Origin: a virus
Taxonomy: Duplodnaviria; Caudoviricetes
IMG/VR virus record: IMGVR_UViG_3300011116_001007
Reading direction: 5' to 3' (one strand)
Length of the DNA stretch: 64,000 bases
Made by a program: the position numbers and the translations under genes. Shown here in pieces: positions 8,314 through 17,998 of the stretch. The notes beneath the pieces were generated by a model. That model ran no database searches, was not told the DNA's origin, and saw only the letters and a list, made by a program, of their open reading frames with translations. Position 1 is the stretch's first letter, and every line of letters starts with the position of its first letter.

Positions 8314-9417
8314 TTAAAGGTCGGGTAATTGATCGTAGTCAATGCTGTCACTCATGACTCCAATAACATAGTTAGTTGATTCGTTCTCTTGCAGTGCAGT
8401 TTGTTTCTTGCTGGTGTCCACATGTTTGTTGAACCACGGAATAGGTGTGCTCTTGGGTGCATTGCTTTGATACTTGATACCAATTTCTTTCAATGCTGCC
8501 ACTGCGGTGTAGTCTACAAAGTCTTTGAGCACGGCTGCATTCAATCCAATCACTGGGCCTTTGTTGAACAAGTAGTCGGCCCAGGCTTTTTCTTCGCGGA
8601 TCACATCCATGTACAATTGATAAACTTCGGCTTCGCACTCTTGTTTGATTGCTGCAAAACGATTGTCTTCTTTAATCACCTGATTGATGATATATGCTGT
8701 CCAGCCTTTGTGTAACAGTTCGTCTTGAAGAATCAAGCTGATGATATTGCCATTGCCAATGAAGATCTTGTTTTCAACCATGGCCAAACTGGTGGCAAAT
8801 GATACCATGAATCTGAATGCTTCCAATGCATAGCTGGCATGCAGTGCCATCCAAATAGCTTTGATGTGTGATTCTTCACTCACTGTTTTAGGATTGATTT
8901 CTTTGAAACAATTTAATTCATGTAGTTTGTCATAGTAGTTGCCCACACTCGACGCCATGTCAATGATTTCTTGTGTGTCATGTATGGTGTTGAACACATC
9001 CTTGGGCACATTGTAGATGTTACGGATGATATGACTATAACTCTTACTATGTATATTTGTTTCAAAGAATGTCCAGTTGTAGACTAGTGCTTCTAGCTCA
9101 GGCAAACTGATAACAGGCATGAATACCTGCGTTGGTCCCCGGCCTTGCAAACTGTCCAATGCAGTTTGTCTCAGCAGGTTACTGGTAAAAATATGTTTGA
9201 CTGCATCACTGGCATCTTTAAAATCATTTGCATCTTTACTCAGGCTGATCTCTTCTGGTTGCCAAAAGAATCCCCGTGCTGTTTCTTCAAATTTGGCAAT
9301 CTTGGAATATTTTACTTCTTCAAAACGTTGAATGGTCACTGGACCTGCTGGGTCCAAAAACATCTTGCGATTGAGATAGTCTGTTTTGGTTGTTAAATTG
9401 TATTGTGCTTGACTCAT
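8314..9417 (-). CDS. nrdB: ribonucleotide reductase class Ia beta subunit
   Basis: FFWQPEEI, LDSLQG, ETNIHSKSY, LEAFRF, DELLH di-iron ligands and C-terminal QENESTNY. Confidence 0.97.
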   Translation of the reverse strand: MSQAQYNLTTKTDYLNRKMFLDPAGPVTIQRFEEVKYSKIAKFEETARGFFWQPEEISLSKDANDFKDASDAVKHIFTSNLLRQTALDSLQGRGPTQVFMPVISLPELEALVYNWTFFETNIHSKSYSHIIRNIYNVPKDVFNTIHDTQEIIDMASSVGNYYDKLHELNCFKEINPKTVSEESHIKAIWMALHASYALEAFRFMVSFATSLAMVENKIFIGNGNIISLILQDELLHKGWTAYIINQVIKEDNRFAAIKQECEAEVYQLYMDVIREEKAWADYLFNKGPVIGLNAAVLKDFVDYTAVAALKEIGIKYQSNAPKSTPIPWFNKHVDTSKKQTALQENESTNYVIGVMSDSIDYDQLPDL

Positions 9418-11735
9418 AATTTGCATGCCTCGCAATCTTCTTCACTGTCAAAATCTATTGGTTCCAACATAGTGGGTGCTATCTCGTCGGGAGATTTACT
9501 ACCTTGTTTGTTGATCAAACTGTAGTAGAAAGTTTTAAGACCCCAGGCATGTGCTTGCATCAAATTTTTTGCAATCAATGTGATTGGTACTTTACGATCT
9601 GCAAAGTGTGCTGGGTTATAAAAAGTATTTGTGCTGATGCTTTGGTCAACATAGGCTGCCAGTACTGCTGCGGTTTTTAAATAACCATCACAGTCTTTTT
9701 GTTCCCACATCAACTGATACCGGTTCTTTAGTTTGTGATATTCAGGAACCACTTGTGTTAGACTACCAGCTTTGGATTCTTTCACACTGATTAGACTCAT
9801 GGGCATCTCGATACCATTGGTACTGTTGATAACCACACTGCTGCTCTCCACTGGTGCAATGGCCATTTGTGTGGCATTGCGAACACCATGCGTTTTCATG
9901 TTGGTGCGTAGTGTTTCCCAATCCAATTCGGGTGCAAAACTTGTTAATTCGTTAACACCTTCGGCCCGTAGTTCCCAAGGAAACACTCCTTGCCCATATC
10001 GCGTGTGTTCACTGCCTAAACAAGCGCCACGTTCTTGTGCCAGTTCTACTGAGGCTTCTGTGAGATAGAATGCCAAGTGTTCCATCCAAGATTTAACTTC
10101 AGCTAGTGAATCTTTTTCGCCATATTTGAGACCGCGTTTGGCATGCCAGTATGCTAAGTTAGTGACGCCAATGCCTAGAGGACGAATTTCATCGTTGCTT
10201 AGTTTAGACTGGATGGAAAGAAAGTCCTGGTAATCCAGTATATTGTTAAGACTCCGATGTAGAATGCGACAAGCACGGCGCATATCTTCTGGATTACGGA
10301 ATGCTCCCCAGTTGATACTTCCGAGAGTACAGAGAGCGATACGTCCTTCCGGATCGTCAAGTCTCTTAAAAGATTTAGTAGGTAATAGGATTTCACAGCA
10401 TAAGTTACTCTGGTAAATTGTATGATACTCTGGGTCAAACGGACCTTGGTCCATCACATTGTCAATGAACACTAGATATATACGTCCAGTGTCTGTTCGT
10501 TCTTTGAGAATACCACTCTTGAACACTTCCTCAGCAGCCATCGTCTTTTTACGTAGGCCTTTCTGCTTTTCGTATTTAACATACAGTTCTTCAAACAGTG
10601 CAGTGTTTTTATAAAATGCTTCATACAAGTCAGGTACTTCGTTGGGGTCAAAGAATGTTATGTTTTCTTTGTTCTTGAAACGTCTCCAGAAGAAGGCGGA
10701 GAGGACCACTCCATAGTCCATGTGTCGAACGCGGGTCTCTTCTGTACCTTGGTTGTTCTTGAGTACGATAAGATCATCAAACTGATGATGCCAAATAGGA
10801 TAAAACACAGTAGCACTAGCATTGCGAATACCTCCTTGACTACAACTTCTCAAGTCACCGAACCATTTCTTTAAGAAAGGTATCATACCAGTGTGCATGA
10901 TTTCACCACCGCGAATAGGTGATCCTAGTGGACGTAAGCGTCCGATCTCTAGTCCAATGCCAGCACGTTTGCTAGCATACTTTGCCATCATCTCTCCCGA
11001 AGCAAAGATACTGTCCAAATCATCGTCACTGCGAATAAGCACACAACTACTAAATTGCTTGGTTGGAGTTCCCAGGCCAGCCAGCACAGGGGTAGCCAAT
11101 GTAAAAAGACCATCACTGGCAGCATTGTAGTATTCTTTGATGTAGCGCATTCTCGCTGAGTTCGGTTCTTCTTTGTGAAATACAGTAGCGGCCGCAACCA
11201 TATATCGAATTTGTGGAGTTTCATAAGTTTCCTTTGTGGCACGATTTTTGACCAAATATTTTTCAATCAGTTGTTCAATGGCAGCATAACTCAAGGTCTC
11301 GTCTTTGCTATGGTCGATGATATCATGCATGCGATTCCAATCATCCTCTGAATACCATTCCAACAGTTCAGGAGTGTAGAGACCAGTTGCAACATTCTTT
11401 TTCACAATGTCATACAAGTGAGGAGGTTGATAGTTGCCATAAACATCTTTACGCAACATACTGAGTCGTTGTTTGCCTGCCACATACTGATAGTTGGTGT
11501 GTCCCACATCAGGATTTGATTCTACGTCGATCAGATCCACAATGGCTCTGAGCGTGACCCCATCAATTTCTCGTGTGCTTATGCCATCATAAAAATGCAT
11601 TTGGGCTTTGATTTCCACCATGCTTTGACTGACGTCTGCTATGCCTGAACATACTTTGGCTATCTGTGCCTGCCATTTTTCCAATGCCAATGGCTCTCGC
11701 GTGCCATCACGCTTTTGTACTGTTGTAATTTTCAT
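9414..11735 (-). CDS. nrdA: ribonucleotide reductase class Ia alpha subunit with N-terminal ATP cone
   Basis: VQKRDG ATP-cone start, SSCVL, SNLCCEI, RPLGIG, LKTFYY and C-terminal CEAC. Confidence 0.97.
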   Translation of the reverse strand: MKITTVQKRDGTREPLALEKWQAQIAKVCSGIADVSQSMVEIKAQMHFYDGISTREIDGVTLRAIVDLIDVESNPDVGHTNYQYVAGKQRLSMLRKDVYGNYQPPHLYDIVKKNVATGLYTPELLEWYSEDDWNRMHDIIDHSKDETLSYAAIEQLIEKYLVKNRATKETYETPQIRYMVAAATVFHKEEPNSARMRYIKEYYNAASDGLFTLATPVLAGLGTPTKQFSSCVLIRSDDDLDSIFASGEMMAKYASKRAGIGLEIGRLRPLGSPIRGGEIMHTGMIPFLKKWFGDLRSCSQGGIRNASATVFYPIWHHQFDDLIVLKNNQGTEETRVRHMDYGVVLSAFFWRRFKNKENITFFDPNEVPDLYEAFYKNTALFEELYVKYEKQKGLRKKTMAAEEVFKSGILKERTDTGRIYLVFIDNVMDQGPFDPEYHTIYQSNLCCEILLPTKSFKRLDDPEGRIALCTLGSINWGAFRNPEDMRRACRILHRSLNNILDYQDFLSIQSKLSNDEIRPLGIGVTNLAYWHAKRGLKYGEKDSLAEVKSWMEHLAFYLTEASVELAQERGACLGSEHTRYGQGVFPWELRAEGVNELTSFAPELDWETLRTNMKTHGVRNATQMAIAPVESSSVVINSTNGIEMPMSLISVKESKAGSLTQVVPEYHKLKNRYQLMWEQKDCDGYLKTAAVLAAYVDQSISTNTFYNPAHFADRKVPITLIAKNLMQAHAWGLKTFYYSLINKQGSKSPDEIAPTMLEPIDFDSEEDCEACKL

Positions 11736-11737
11736 CG

Positions 11738-12166
11738 CTACCTTGTTTGTTGTTGTACTTGTTGTTGAGTCAAGCTGTGCTGGACTTGATACAGTCCTGG
11801 ATCAATATTTAACACTCGAGACTGGTCCCAATTCAATATATATTTCCCATTGGCGATCAGGACTAAATTATCGGTTCCGGTGTCGGTTAACACAGCATCT
11901 TGCAATTCTGGATGATCTATCATAGCTATAGTATACAGTATTCCTAGTCCGCGAGCAACCGGACAATACATATTATCGCTCAATAATTGCCACGGATCAG
12001 GCCAGTCTGACTGGTCATCCCAGTGCAGATGATATGCTGACCAAGGTGCCCGAAACCACCATTGATTGACAGTTTCCGCTGCGGCCTGTGCAGACTGAGA
12101 TTGAACAGTGAGCCTGAGTTGCTGCCAGCTTTCAAGCCGCTGTGCAAAAGTTGAGAACCACATCAA
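11738..12166 (-). CDS. hypothetical protein
   Basis: 142-aa ORF coupled to the tail-fibre gene (ATGA overlap). Confidence 0.75.
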   Translation of the reverse strand: MMWFSTFAQRLESWQQLRLTVQSQSAQAAAETVNQWWFRAPWSAYHLHWDDQSDWPDPWQLLSDNMYCPVARGLGILYTIAMIDHPELQDAVLTDTGTDNLVLIANGKYILNWDQSRVLNIDPGLYQVQHSLTQQQVQQQTR

Positions 12167-13932
12167 TTTAAATGTGTCACGCTGTATTTGATGTTGCCAG
12201 TATATCCAGAGTTGGTTGATGAGTAACTCACTGTGATGTTGCCACCGGCTGAGGCCTCTGCAGCAGTCAATGTAATACCAGTGATACCATTTTCGATATA
12301 TTCATCTGTATAACCAAACCCGCCACCTGACCCATATACCACAGTGAGTTGACCGTTTCTGGCAAAAATATCTCTTGTGATGGTGTAATCCACCTTGAAT
12401 GATTTCATAATACTGGTATCTACTATGAACAAGGTGGCTGTGGAGTTGTTGGTCAAGGTATCGTTGATACCGTTGTCTCTGGCCCAGGTTCCTTGAGCCA
12501 ACTGATTGGCTATGCTGTTGCTGACTGCATTGCTGACATAATACGTGATACCACGATTGTTCATGCTCATGGCAGTACTGTTGGTGTTGTTCAATGCAAT
12601 TCTAGCATACACTGTACTGTTGGCAGTGGTACGTGTGAACATGTCGCCCACACTGATGTTGTTGTCACCAGAAATCAAAATTATGTTGCTGGCCGGAGAA
12701 CCAATACCGGCAAAATGATTTCCTACATCATAAAATGTATTGTATGCGCTGGCGTTCAACGAACAAGCACTAAACACCACGCCTTCTGCGTAGATGTTGT
12801 CAAATGTATTTTGTACCACACGCACTCCGGTGGGATTGGTGCTAAAATACACGCCTTGATACAGCGTATCAAATGTGCTGTTGCTGTATGTGATACCTTG
12901 AACAGTTGCATTGGTGTAGGTAGCGTATGTACAGCCAGTGAATTTACAAGTGTCCATGATGATATTTTCACAGGCCGGCGAAGTACCGGCATAATTCACT
13001 GCACGAGTTCCAGCAGTGGCAACAGTCAGAGTACTGGTAGTTCCTGGCCCCGAAAATGTAACTCCGGTAGCTGAGCATTGTTGTGCATTTTGCCATAAGA
13101 ATGGATCGTTGGCCTGATCAGTTGCAAACGACATGTCTCGCACAGTGATATATTGTGGTGTGGTGGCACCATTGGCTCCCACGCTGACGCCTGTCTGTTG
13201 CAAACTGTCTGCGGTACTCACAACACAGGTGGGCAATGTTGTTGCAGCACCGGTGGTAATATTGCCCCAATAATACTGGCCACCGGTGGTTGTGCTGCCA
13301 AGACCGGTGCCTATGGGCACATCAAAGTTTGCCCGATAAAAACTGCCCGAGTCACTGACCAGCACGCCAGCAGAATATGCAACAGCGTTGGTCCATGGCA
13401 GTACAGAAAATTTAATAATGCTGGAGTTGGAACCTTCGCCATACAACAATGCATACGGCGGAACAGCAATGGTATCTGTCACAATGTATGTGCCAGCTGG
13501 AAAAAACAAACTACGGCGAATAGCTGTGTTGGATTCACGGCAATACAGTTGATAAAGAGCACGATTGATAGCAGCAGTATCATCAGTGACTCCGTCGCCT
13601 ATGGCACCAAAATCAGTGATCACTGCATAACTGTCAAGACGTTCTTGAATGCTTTGTGATATTGGCAAACTGGCACTGGGCCCAGTTTGTGCTGTGTATC
13701 CAGCAGCGGCACCTTGATAAGTGTAGGCTGTGGTAAAAGACAACACGTCGGAAAATTCTGTCAGTACTTCAGTATTTCCCACAATAGGGGCACCATCTTC
13801 AATGGTGCCATTTCCAATAAACAATCGACGTTCGTCAGTGGCCCAGCCAAATTCTGCACCGGCCAGCGGTTGTGGTAGGTCTTCTGTTAGACCTTTTCGT
13901 TGGGTAATTCTTGAAATTTGTACAATTGCCAC
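12163..13932 (-). CDS. tail fibre/tailspike-like protein with pectate-lyase-3-type beta-helix
   Basis: N-terminal MAIVQISRITQRKG...GAEFGW...LFIGNG anchor; DFGAIGDGVTDDTAAINRAL and LFFPAGTY motifs; Asn/Thr-rich beta-helix repeats; GTG start. Confidence 0.85.
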   Translation of the reverse strand: MAIVQISRITQRKGLTEDLPQPLAGAEFGWATDERRLFIGNGTIEDGAPIVGNTEVLTEFSDVLSFTTAYTYQGAAAGYTAQTGPSASLPISQSIQERLDSYAVITDFGAIGDGVTDDTAAINRALYQLYCRESNTAIRRSLFFPAGTYIVTDTIAVPPYALLYGEGSNSSIIKFSVLPWTNAVAYSAGVLVSDSGSFYRANFDVPIGTGLGSTTTGGQYYWGNITTGAATTLPTCVVSTADSLQQTGVSVGANGATTPQYITVRDMSFATDQANDPFLWQNAQQCSATGVTFSGPGTTSTLTVATAGTRAVNYAGTSPACENIIMDTCKFTGCTYATYTNATVQGITYSNSTFDTLYQGVYFSTNPTGVRVVQNTFDNIYAEGVVFSACSLNASAYNTFYDVGNHFAGIGSPASNIILISGDNNISVGDMFTRTTANSTVYARIALNNTNSTAMSMNNRGITYYVSNAVSNSIANQLAQGTWARDNGINDTLTNNSTATLFIVDTSIMKSFKVDYTITRDIFARNGQLTVVYGSGGGFGYTDEYIENGITGITLTAAEASAGGNITVSYSSTNSGYTGNIKYSVTHLN

Positions 13933-13933
13933 G

Positions 13934-13962
13934 ATGTGATTCCTTGAGGTATCACATATTTA
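13934..13962 (-). promoter_or_regulatory. late promoter (CTAAATA) plus SD-sequestering hairpin
   Basis: Minus strand CTAAATATGTGATACCTCAAGGAATCACATCGTG; ATGTGAT/ATCACAT inverted repeat encloses the AAGGA SD. Confidence 0.7.
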
Positions 13963-13982
13963 GCCCAGAAGGACCAGGGCAA

Positions 13983-14699
13983 CTATATGTGTTTGGTGTA
14001 GTATTCTTCTACTTTGCGCCACCACTGATCACAATATCGATTGTATTCTGTGCCCTCTAACACAAATTCTTGATATTGTGGTCGGCTGATGAGATTATGA
14101 TCAGCGTCAAGATCAGGTTTTACACACATCAGGATCACGCCCTTGCGTATTTTTGTGCCATGTAGTTCGTTGTGTGCTTCTGCATAGGCGCATAGTTGCA
14201 CAAAATAATCGTCAATCCATTCGCGTTTTTTGGGCTTGTTGGTCTGCTTGTAATCCAATATTGATTCTTCATTTAAATGCAGCCCAGCGCCGTCAGTTGT
14301 GCCTGCGTAGATCTTTGGAAAATACAGTGGAACTTCGATGCCCCAAAATTCATTCACATTTTTCAATCCCTTGGCAATCACAGTTTTGGCCATTTCGTGG
14401 CTTGGCCAACTGAATGGATTTGAGCCACGTTCTTTTATGGCACCTGTTTTGACATAATCTTCAAGATAGGTGTGCATGCGTGTGCCACGATTGGCAGCTT
14501 CTGTGGTAATTTGTTGAGCTTTTTCTGCACCCACAGCACGTCGCCAATTGTGTAAGGCTGCCTTGCTGGCTTCACTCTTGGTCTTGTCAAGAATAGTGGT
14601 CACTGATGGCAAGTTATTGCCATCTGGTGTGGCATAGAATCTTTTGCCTTCTATTGTGACTCGGGGTATGGGTTGATAGTTAAATTTTGGATTGTACAT
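13983..14699 (-). CDS. PD-(D/E)XK exonuclease (phage exonuclease/MGME1-like)
   Basis: LPSVTTIL, RGTRMH, YAGTTDG...ILDYKQT and QLCAYA motifs. Confidence 0.88.
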   Translation of the reverse strand: MYNPKFNYQPIPRVTIEGKRFYATPDGNNLPSVTTILDKTKSEASKAALHNWRRAVGAEKAQQITTEAANRGTRMHTYLEDYVKTGAIKERGSNPFSWPSHEMAKTVIAKGLKNVNEFWGIEVPLYFPKIYAGTTDGAGLHLNEESILDYKQTNKPKKREWIDDYFVQLCAYAEAHNELHGTKIRKGVILMCVKPDLDADHNLISRPQYQEFVLEGTEYNRYCDQWWRKVEEYYTKHI

Positions 14700-15345
14700 T
14701 GGTTGGTTCAGTTATCCAGTTGTGTAATGTTTGTGCAATTAATTCGTGACCCAATTCGCTTGGGTGGCCACAACTACGCAAGTATTGATTGTATTGATTT
14801 GGTGGCTCTTTAAGATAGTGCGCTTGATCGTGGTACCCAAACAGTTGCACACAAGATTTATGGTATATCTTGGTAGTGTCGATACCTGGTAATTGCAAAT
14901 CAATATCAGACCACCCAACAATGTAATAATCCTGGATGTTGTACTGTCGACATATGGCTTGTGTGCTCAATATATTTTTGTGCAGATTAAAATTAAGATT
15001 AGGTATTGATGTAAAATGTCTTTCCCAACTATGAACAAGTTTACCTGGTTGCCCAGACTTTATATCAATGGTACGTGCAGGGGTTGGGTAATCATGGGTA
15101 ATCACACATTCTCTTGCTGGCGTTGTTACTAAAAAAACTGCTATTGAATTTTCCACAGGTATGTCGGTACGTTTGACATACTCAAGCAGTTGCAACACTG
15201 ATCTGCTGTTGCTGGATCCAGATACACCTAAATTGGAAAAATTGGTTGTGGGTAATTTTGCTGCCAGGCGTGATCCAAATGTGTCAGCATCTGACACACC
15301 AATTCCTACAGCCCAACTGCATCCAAAAACTGCTAATGAATTCAC
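14680..15345 (-). CDS. SGNH-hydrolase-like protein
   Basis: FGCSWAVG (block I), NLGVSGSSN (block II) and HPSELGH (block V); GTG start overlapping the iscA stop. Confidence 0.7.
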   Translation of the reverse strand: MNSLAVFGCSWAVGIGVSDADTFGSRLAAKLPTTNFSNLGVSGSSNSRSVLQLLEYVKRTDIPVENSIAVFLVTTPARECVITHDYPTPARTIDIKSGQPGKLVHSWERHFTSIPNLNFNLHKNILSTQAICRQYNIQDYYIVGWSDIDLQLPGIDTTKIYHKSCVQLFGYHDQAHYLKEPPNQYNQYLRSCGHPSELGHELIAQTLHNWITEPTNVQSKI

Positions 15346-15668
15346 ACTCTGAAACTTTCTCCGCAACCACATCGATCACGCTCATTGGGATTGCGGAATT
15401 CAAAACCTTCGTTGAGTCCTTGGCGTACATAATCTATAGTCATGCCCGAAAGATACACTTCATGTTTTTTGTCCACTATCACAGCAAAATTGGGTTGGGC
15501 ATAGTTGATCACAGTGTCGAGGTCCGATGGGTACGCATCTATGTATTCTAACACATAAGCTAGTCCTGAGCAACCTGTAGTTTTTACACCCAGTCGTATG
15601 CCTGCACCACCACGTTGTTTCAATAGTCGTTGGATTTTGTTACCAGCAGTTTCAGTGAACAAGATCAT
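15342..15668 (-). CDS. iscA: A-type Fe-S carrier IscA
   Basis: IRLGVKTTGCSGLAY, GMTIDY, GFEFRNPN and CGCGESF. Confidence 0.95.
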   Translation of the reverse strand: MILFTETAGNKIQRLLKQRGGAGIRLGVKTTGCSGLAYVLEYIDAYPSDLDTVINYAQPNFAVIVDKKHEVYLSGMTIDYVRQGLNEGFEFRNPNERDRCGCGESFRV

Positions 15669-16038
15669 GCCGGCTACGATAATCTGCTACTGCCGCTTTG
15701 ATCGCGTCTTCCGCAAGTATTGAACAATGAATCTTAACTGGAGGGAGGGCAAGCTCAGAAGCAATTTCGCTATTTTTGATCGCCGCTGCCTGCTCAAGTG
15801 TGCGTCCTTTGACCCATTCAGTAACCAGCGAACTTGACGCAATCGCTGAGCCGCAACCATACGTTTTAAACTTGGCATCTTGGATGATTCCATCTACTAC
15901 CTTTATCTGCAATTTCATCACATCACCGCAAGCAGGTGCGCCTACCATACCAGTTCCGATGCTGTTATCGTTTTTGTCAAAGCTGCCTACGTTGCGTGGA
16001 TTTTCATAATGATCGATTACTTGATTTGAATAAGCCAT
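15652..16038 (-). CDS. iscU: Fe-S cluster scaffold IscU
   Basis: DHYENPRNVG, GAPACGDVM, GCGSAIASSS and LPPVKIHCS. Confidence 0.97.
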   Translation of the reverse strand: MAYSNQVIDHYENPRNVGSFDKNDNSIGTGMVGAPACGDVMKLQIKVVDGIIQDAKFKTYGCGSAIASSSLVTEWVKGRTLEQAAAIKNSEIASELALPPVKIHCSILAEDAIKAAVADYRSRHDLVH

Positions 16039-16110
16039 AATTACCTCCGAGAATTTTTATCTTAACAAACTGATTATACTATATTTATGTTGATTTTAGT
16101 TGCTTTTTGA

Positions 16111-16674
16111 TTAAGTGCTTTTTCTTAAATGTGGTTGAGTAACTGTTATGAAGGGATGATTTTCTATATCCCATTGCTGAATGGTTTGAATACAATCTTT
16201 GTAATTGATAATTATATCCCGGTAAGAATACGGGCTTTGTTGTGGTAACTTTATATCACGAACTGGATTTAAATCAAGTGCTGAAAATACATGATCATGA
16301 TTGCCAACAAAGTCCTCAAAACAAAAATGTTGTATTTTTGCATATGGTCTAGAAAAATCATGTGATTTTTCATACCAGCGATTAAACATGTAGGTATGAT
16401 ATAAATCTGATCCCCGATGGCAATCTACTAGGAATGCATCCGGCGTGATTTCATATTTTGTCCATTGCTCTGTGCGCTGGCCTATTAACTGTGATAATAT
16501 TGCTGCTGTTTTGTCTCGTCGAGCCAACAATATCAAACAGGTATTGTGGTAATCAAGTTCATACCACGGATTATGGGTTAGTATTGTATTTGTATTTGGG
16601 CTTGCACTGCGTAATAGTGCATGTAGGTAATGACTTCCAGTTCGCGGCGGCGAGCTTACTAAAAAAGTTTTCAT
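16111..16674 (-). CDS. sulfotransferase-like protein
   Basis: N-terminal SSPPRTGSHYL resembles the 5'-PSB PAPS-binding loop; RRD and FEDF motifs; AT-rich. Confidence 0.55.
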   Translation of the reverse strand: MKTFLVSSPPRTGSHYLHALLRSASPNTNTILTHNPWYELDYHNTCLILLARRDKTAAILSQLIGQRTEQWTKYEITPDAFLVDCHRGSDLYHTYMFNRWYEKSHDFSRPYAKIQHFCFEDFVGNHDHVFSALDLNPVRDIKLPQQSPYSYRDIIINYKDCIQTIQQWDIENHPFITVTQPHLRKST

Positions 16675-16691
16675 CGCCCTGCCCAGTTTGA

Positions 16692-17042
16692 TTACATTGG
16701 GCGTTTCATTGCTGACTTGGCAGCGGCTGCAACAATGTCTTGAGCACGATTCACTGGCATGGCCGGATCAGTTTCTTCGCCGCCTTTGAATGTGATCACA
16801 CCAGAGTTGGGATCCAGTGGTTCCAGCATGTTGCTCAGTGGAGGTTGTGCAATCAAGTCGCCAAGATTTTGTCTGTTTACGTTGATGTTCAGACTTTGGG
16901 CCAAACTTACAAATGCATCTTGACTGATCTCTTTTCGGGCGTTGGTATCATTTGAACGGCCAGCCAAAAAAGAAACCAGTCCCATCAATTGATTTGGACT
17001 TGGAGTTGCCGATGCTGAGTCGTCAACTTCAAATATACGCAT
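16692..17042 (-). CDS. hypothetical protein, putative head protein
   Basis: 116 aa; MRIFE N-terminus; downstream of the TAAATA at about 18023. Confidence 0.7.
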   Translation of the reverse strand: MRIFEVDDSASATPSPNQLMGLVSFLAGRSNDTNARKEISQDAFVSLAQSLNINVNRQNLGDLIAQPPLSNMLEPLDPNSGVITFKGGEETDPAMPVNRAQDIVAAAAKSAMKRPM

Positions 17043-17998
17043 TATCTACGTGCTCGGCCTAATGCTGCTCCAACTGGGGGTTCGGCAGCAGCTTCGAGAT
17101 CACCTTCGCCCGGAGGTGGTGCGTCCAGGCCTACATCGCCAGCAGCGGCACCCATGTCTGCGCCAGCTGCGGCCATGTCACCAGCAGCAGCGCCAGCATT
17201 GGCAATGGCGCTCATGTCTGGTCCGCCTGTGCCTGTTACCACGCCCAGTGCAGCTTCCAATTGTTGCTTGGCACCTTGCAGATTTTGCAGCAAGCCAGCC
17301 AATGCGCCAGTGGCGTCAGTGTTGAATTGCATGGCTTGATCTACACCAACTTGATTCTTGATGCTTTCAACCAAGGCAGGCAGGTCTTTGAATTGCAATT
17401 CACTGACTTCTTCTACCATGTCTTGCATTTTGTCCACTAGGTCTTGAGCAGCCAATACCACTTGAGCCTGTTGAATCTCAGACTCTTTCAAAATGCGATA
17501 TTCTCTACGCAAACGGCTTTCAGCCATGGCCATCATAGCGCCAGCTACCAGTGCCTTCTCGGCAGCCGAAAGTGTTTGTCCAGATTCACTTTTCTTCATT
17601 GCAGCAGCCACTTTGGGATCTTGAGCAGTTGCTGGCGGCGCTGTTGGTGTTTGTCCTGGTTGTGGTGCTTGCTGGATGGTTTGTCCAGGAGCAGCACCAG
17701 TGGTGCCTGGTCCATTGTTGGGTGCGCCGCCGCCGCCGCCGGGAACAACTTCTTCACGCAGGCGACTGGCCAAGGCTTGTTCCATCATGACCAGTTTCAA
17801 ATAGTGTGGATTTTGTTCACTGGTATGGCGTGCAGTGGTGCTACGATGTTCACCCAATACGCCACGTACTTTGTTCAGCATTATTCGTGTTTGACGTGAG
17901 TTCAAACGGTCAAATTTGATGCGTGAACCAAAATAACTTTCGAATACTTTGGCAATTTGTTTTGATGGCTTAGGAGCCGCTAGTTCTTGCAGTTTCAT
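17042..17998 (-). CDS. putative prohead core/internal head protein
   Basis: MKLQEL start; LREE, MAES and LKES sites; Gly/Ala/Pro-rich acidic tail; late promoter CTAAATA upstream. Confidence 0.65.
   Translation of the reverse strand: MKLQELAAPKPSKQIAKVFESYFGSRIKFDRLNSRQTRIMLNKVRGVLGEHRSTTARHTSEQNPHYLKLVMMEQALASRLREEVVPGGGGGAPNNGPGTTGAAPGQTIQQAPQPGQTPTAPPATAQDPKVAAAMKKSESGQTLSAAEKALVAGAMMAMAESRLRREYRILKESEIQQAQVVLAAQDLVDKMQDMVEEVSELQFKDLPALVESIKNQVGVDQAMQFNTDATGALAGLLQNLQGAKQQLEAALGVVTGTGGPDMSAIANAGAAAGDMAAAGADMGAAAGDVGLDAPPPGEGDLEAAAEPPVGAALGRARR

Noticed and set aside
9414-11735. Inteins or group I introns in nrdA/nrdB, helicase, UvsX or terminase
   Set aside because: All have normal lengths and uninterrupted motif order; no splice-junction motifs were seen.
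11738-12166. Transglutaminase/BTLCP-like cysteine protease (YCPVARGLGILYT...NLVLI...YILNW)
   Set aside because: The expected catalytic His is not evident; the resemblance is too weak without a profile search.
12493-13659. Long plus-strand ORFs antisense to the tail-fibre gene (and similar ones elsewhere, e.g. 22449..22958, 52409..52995, 63051..63425)
   Set aside because: They reflect codon bias of the sense gene; Cys/Ser-rich nonsense composition and no promoters or RBS.
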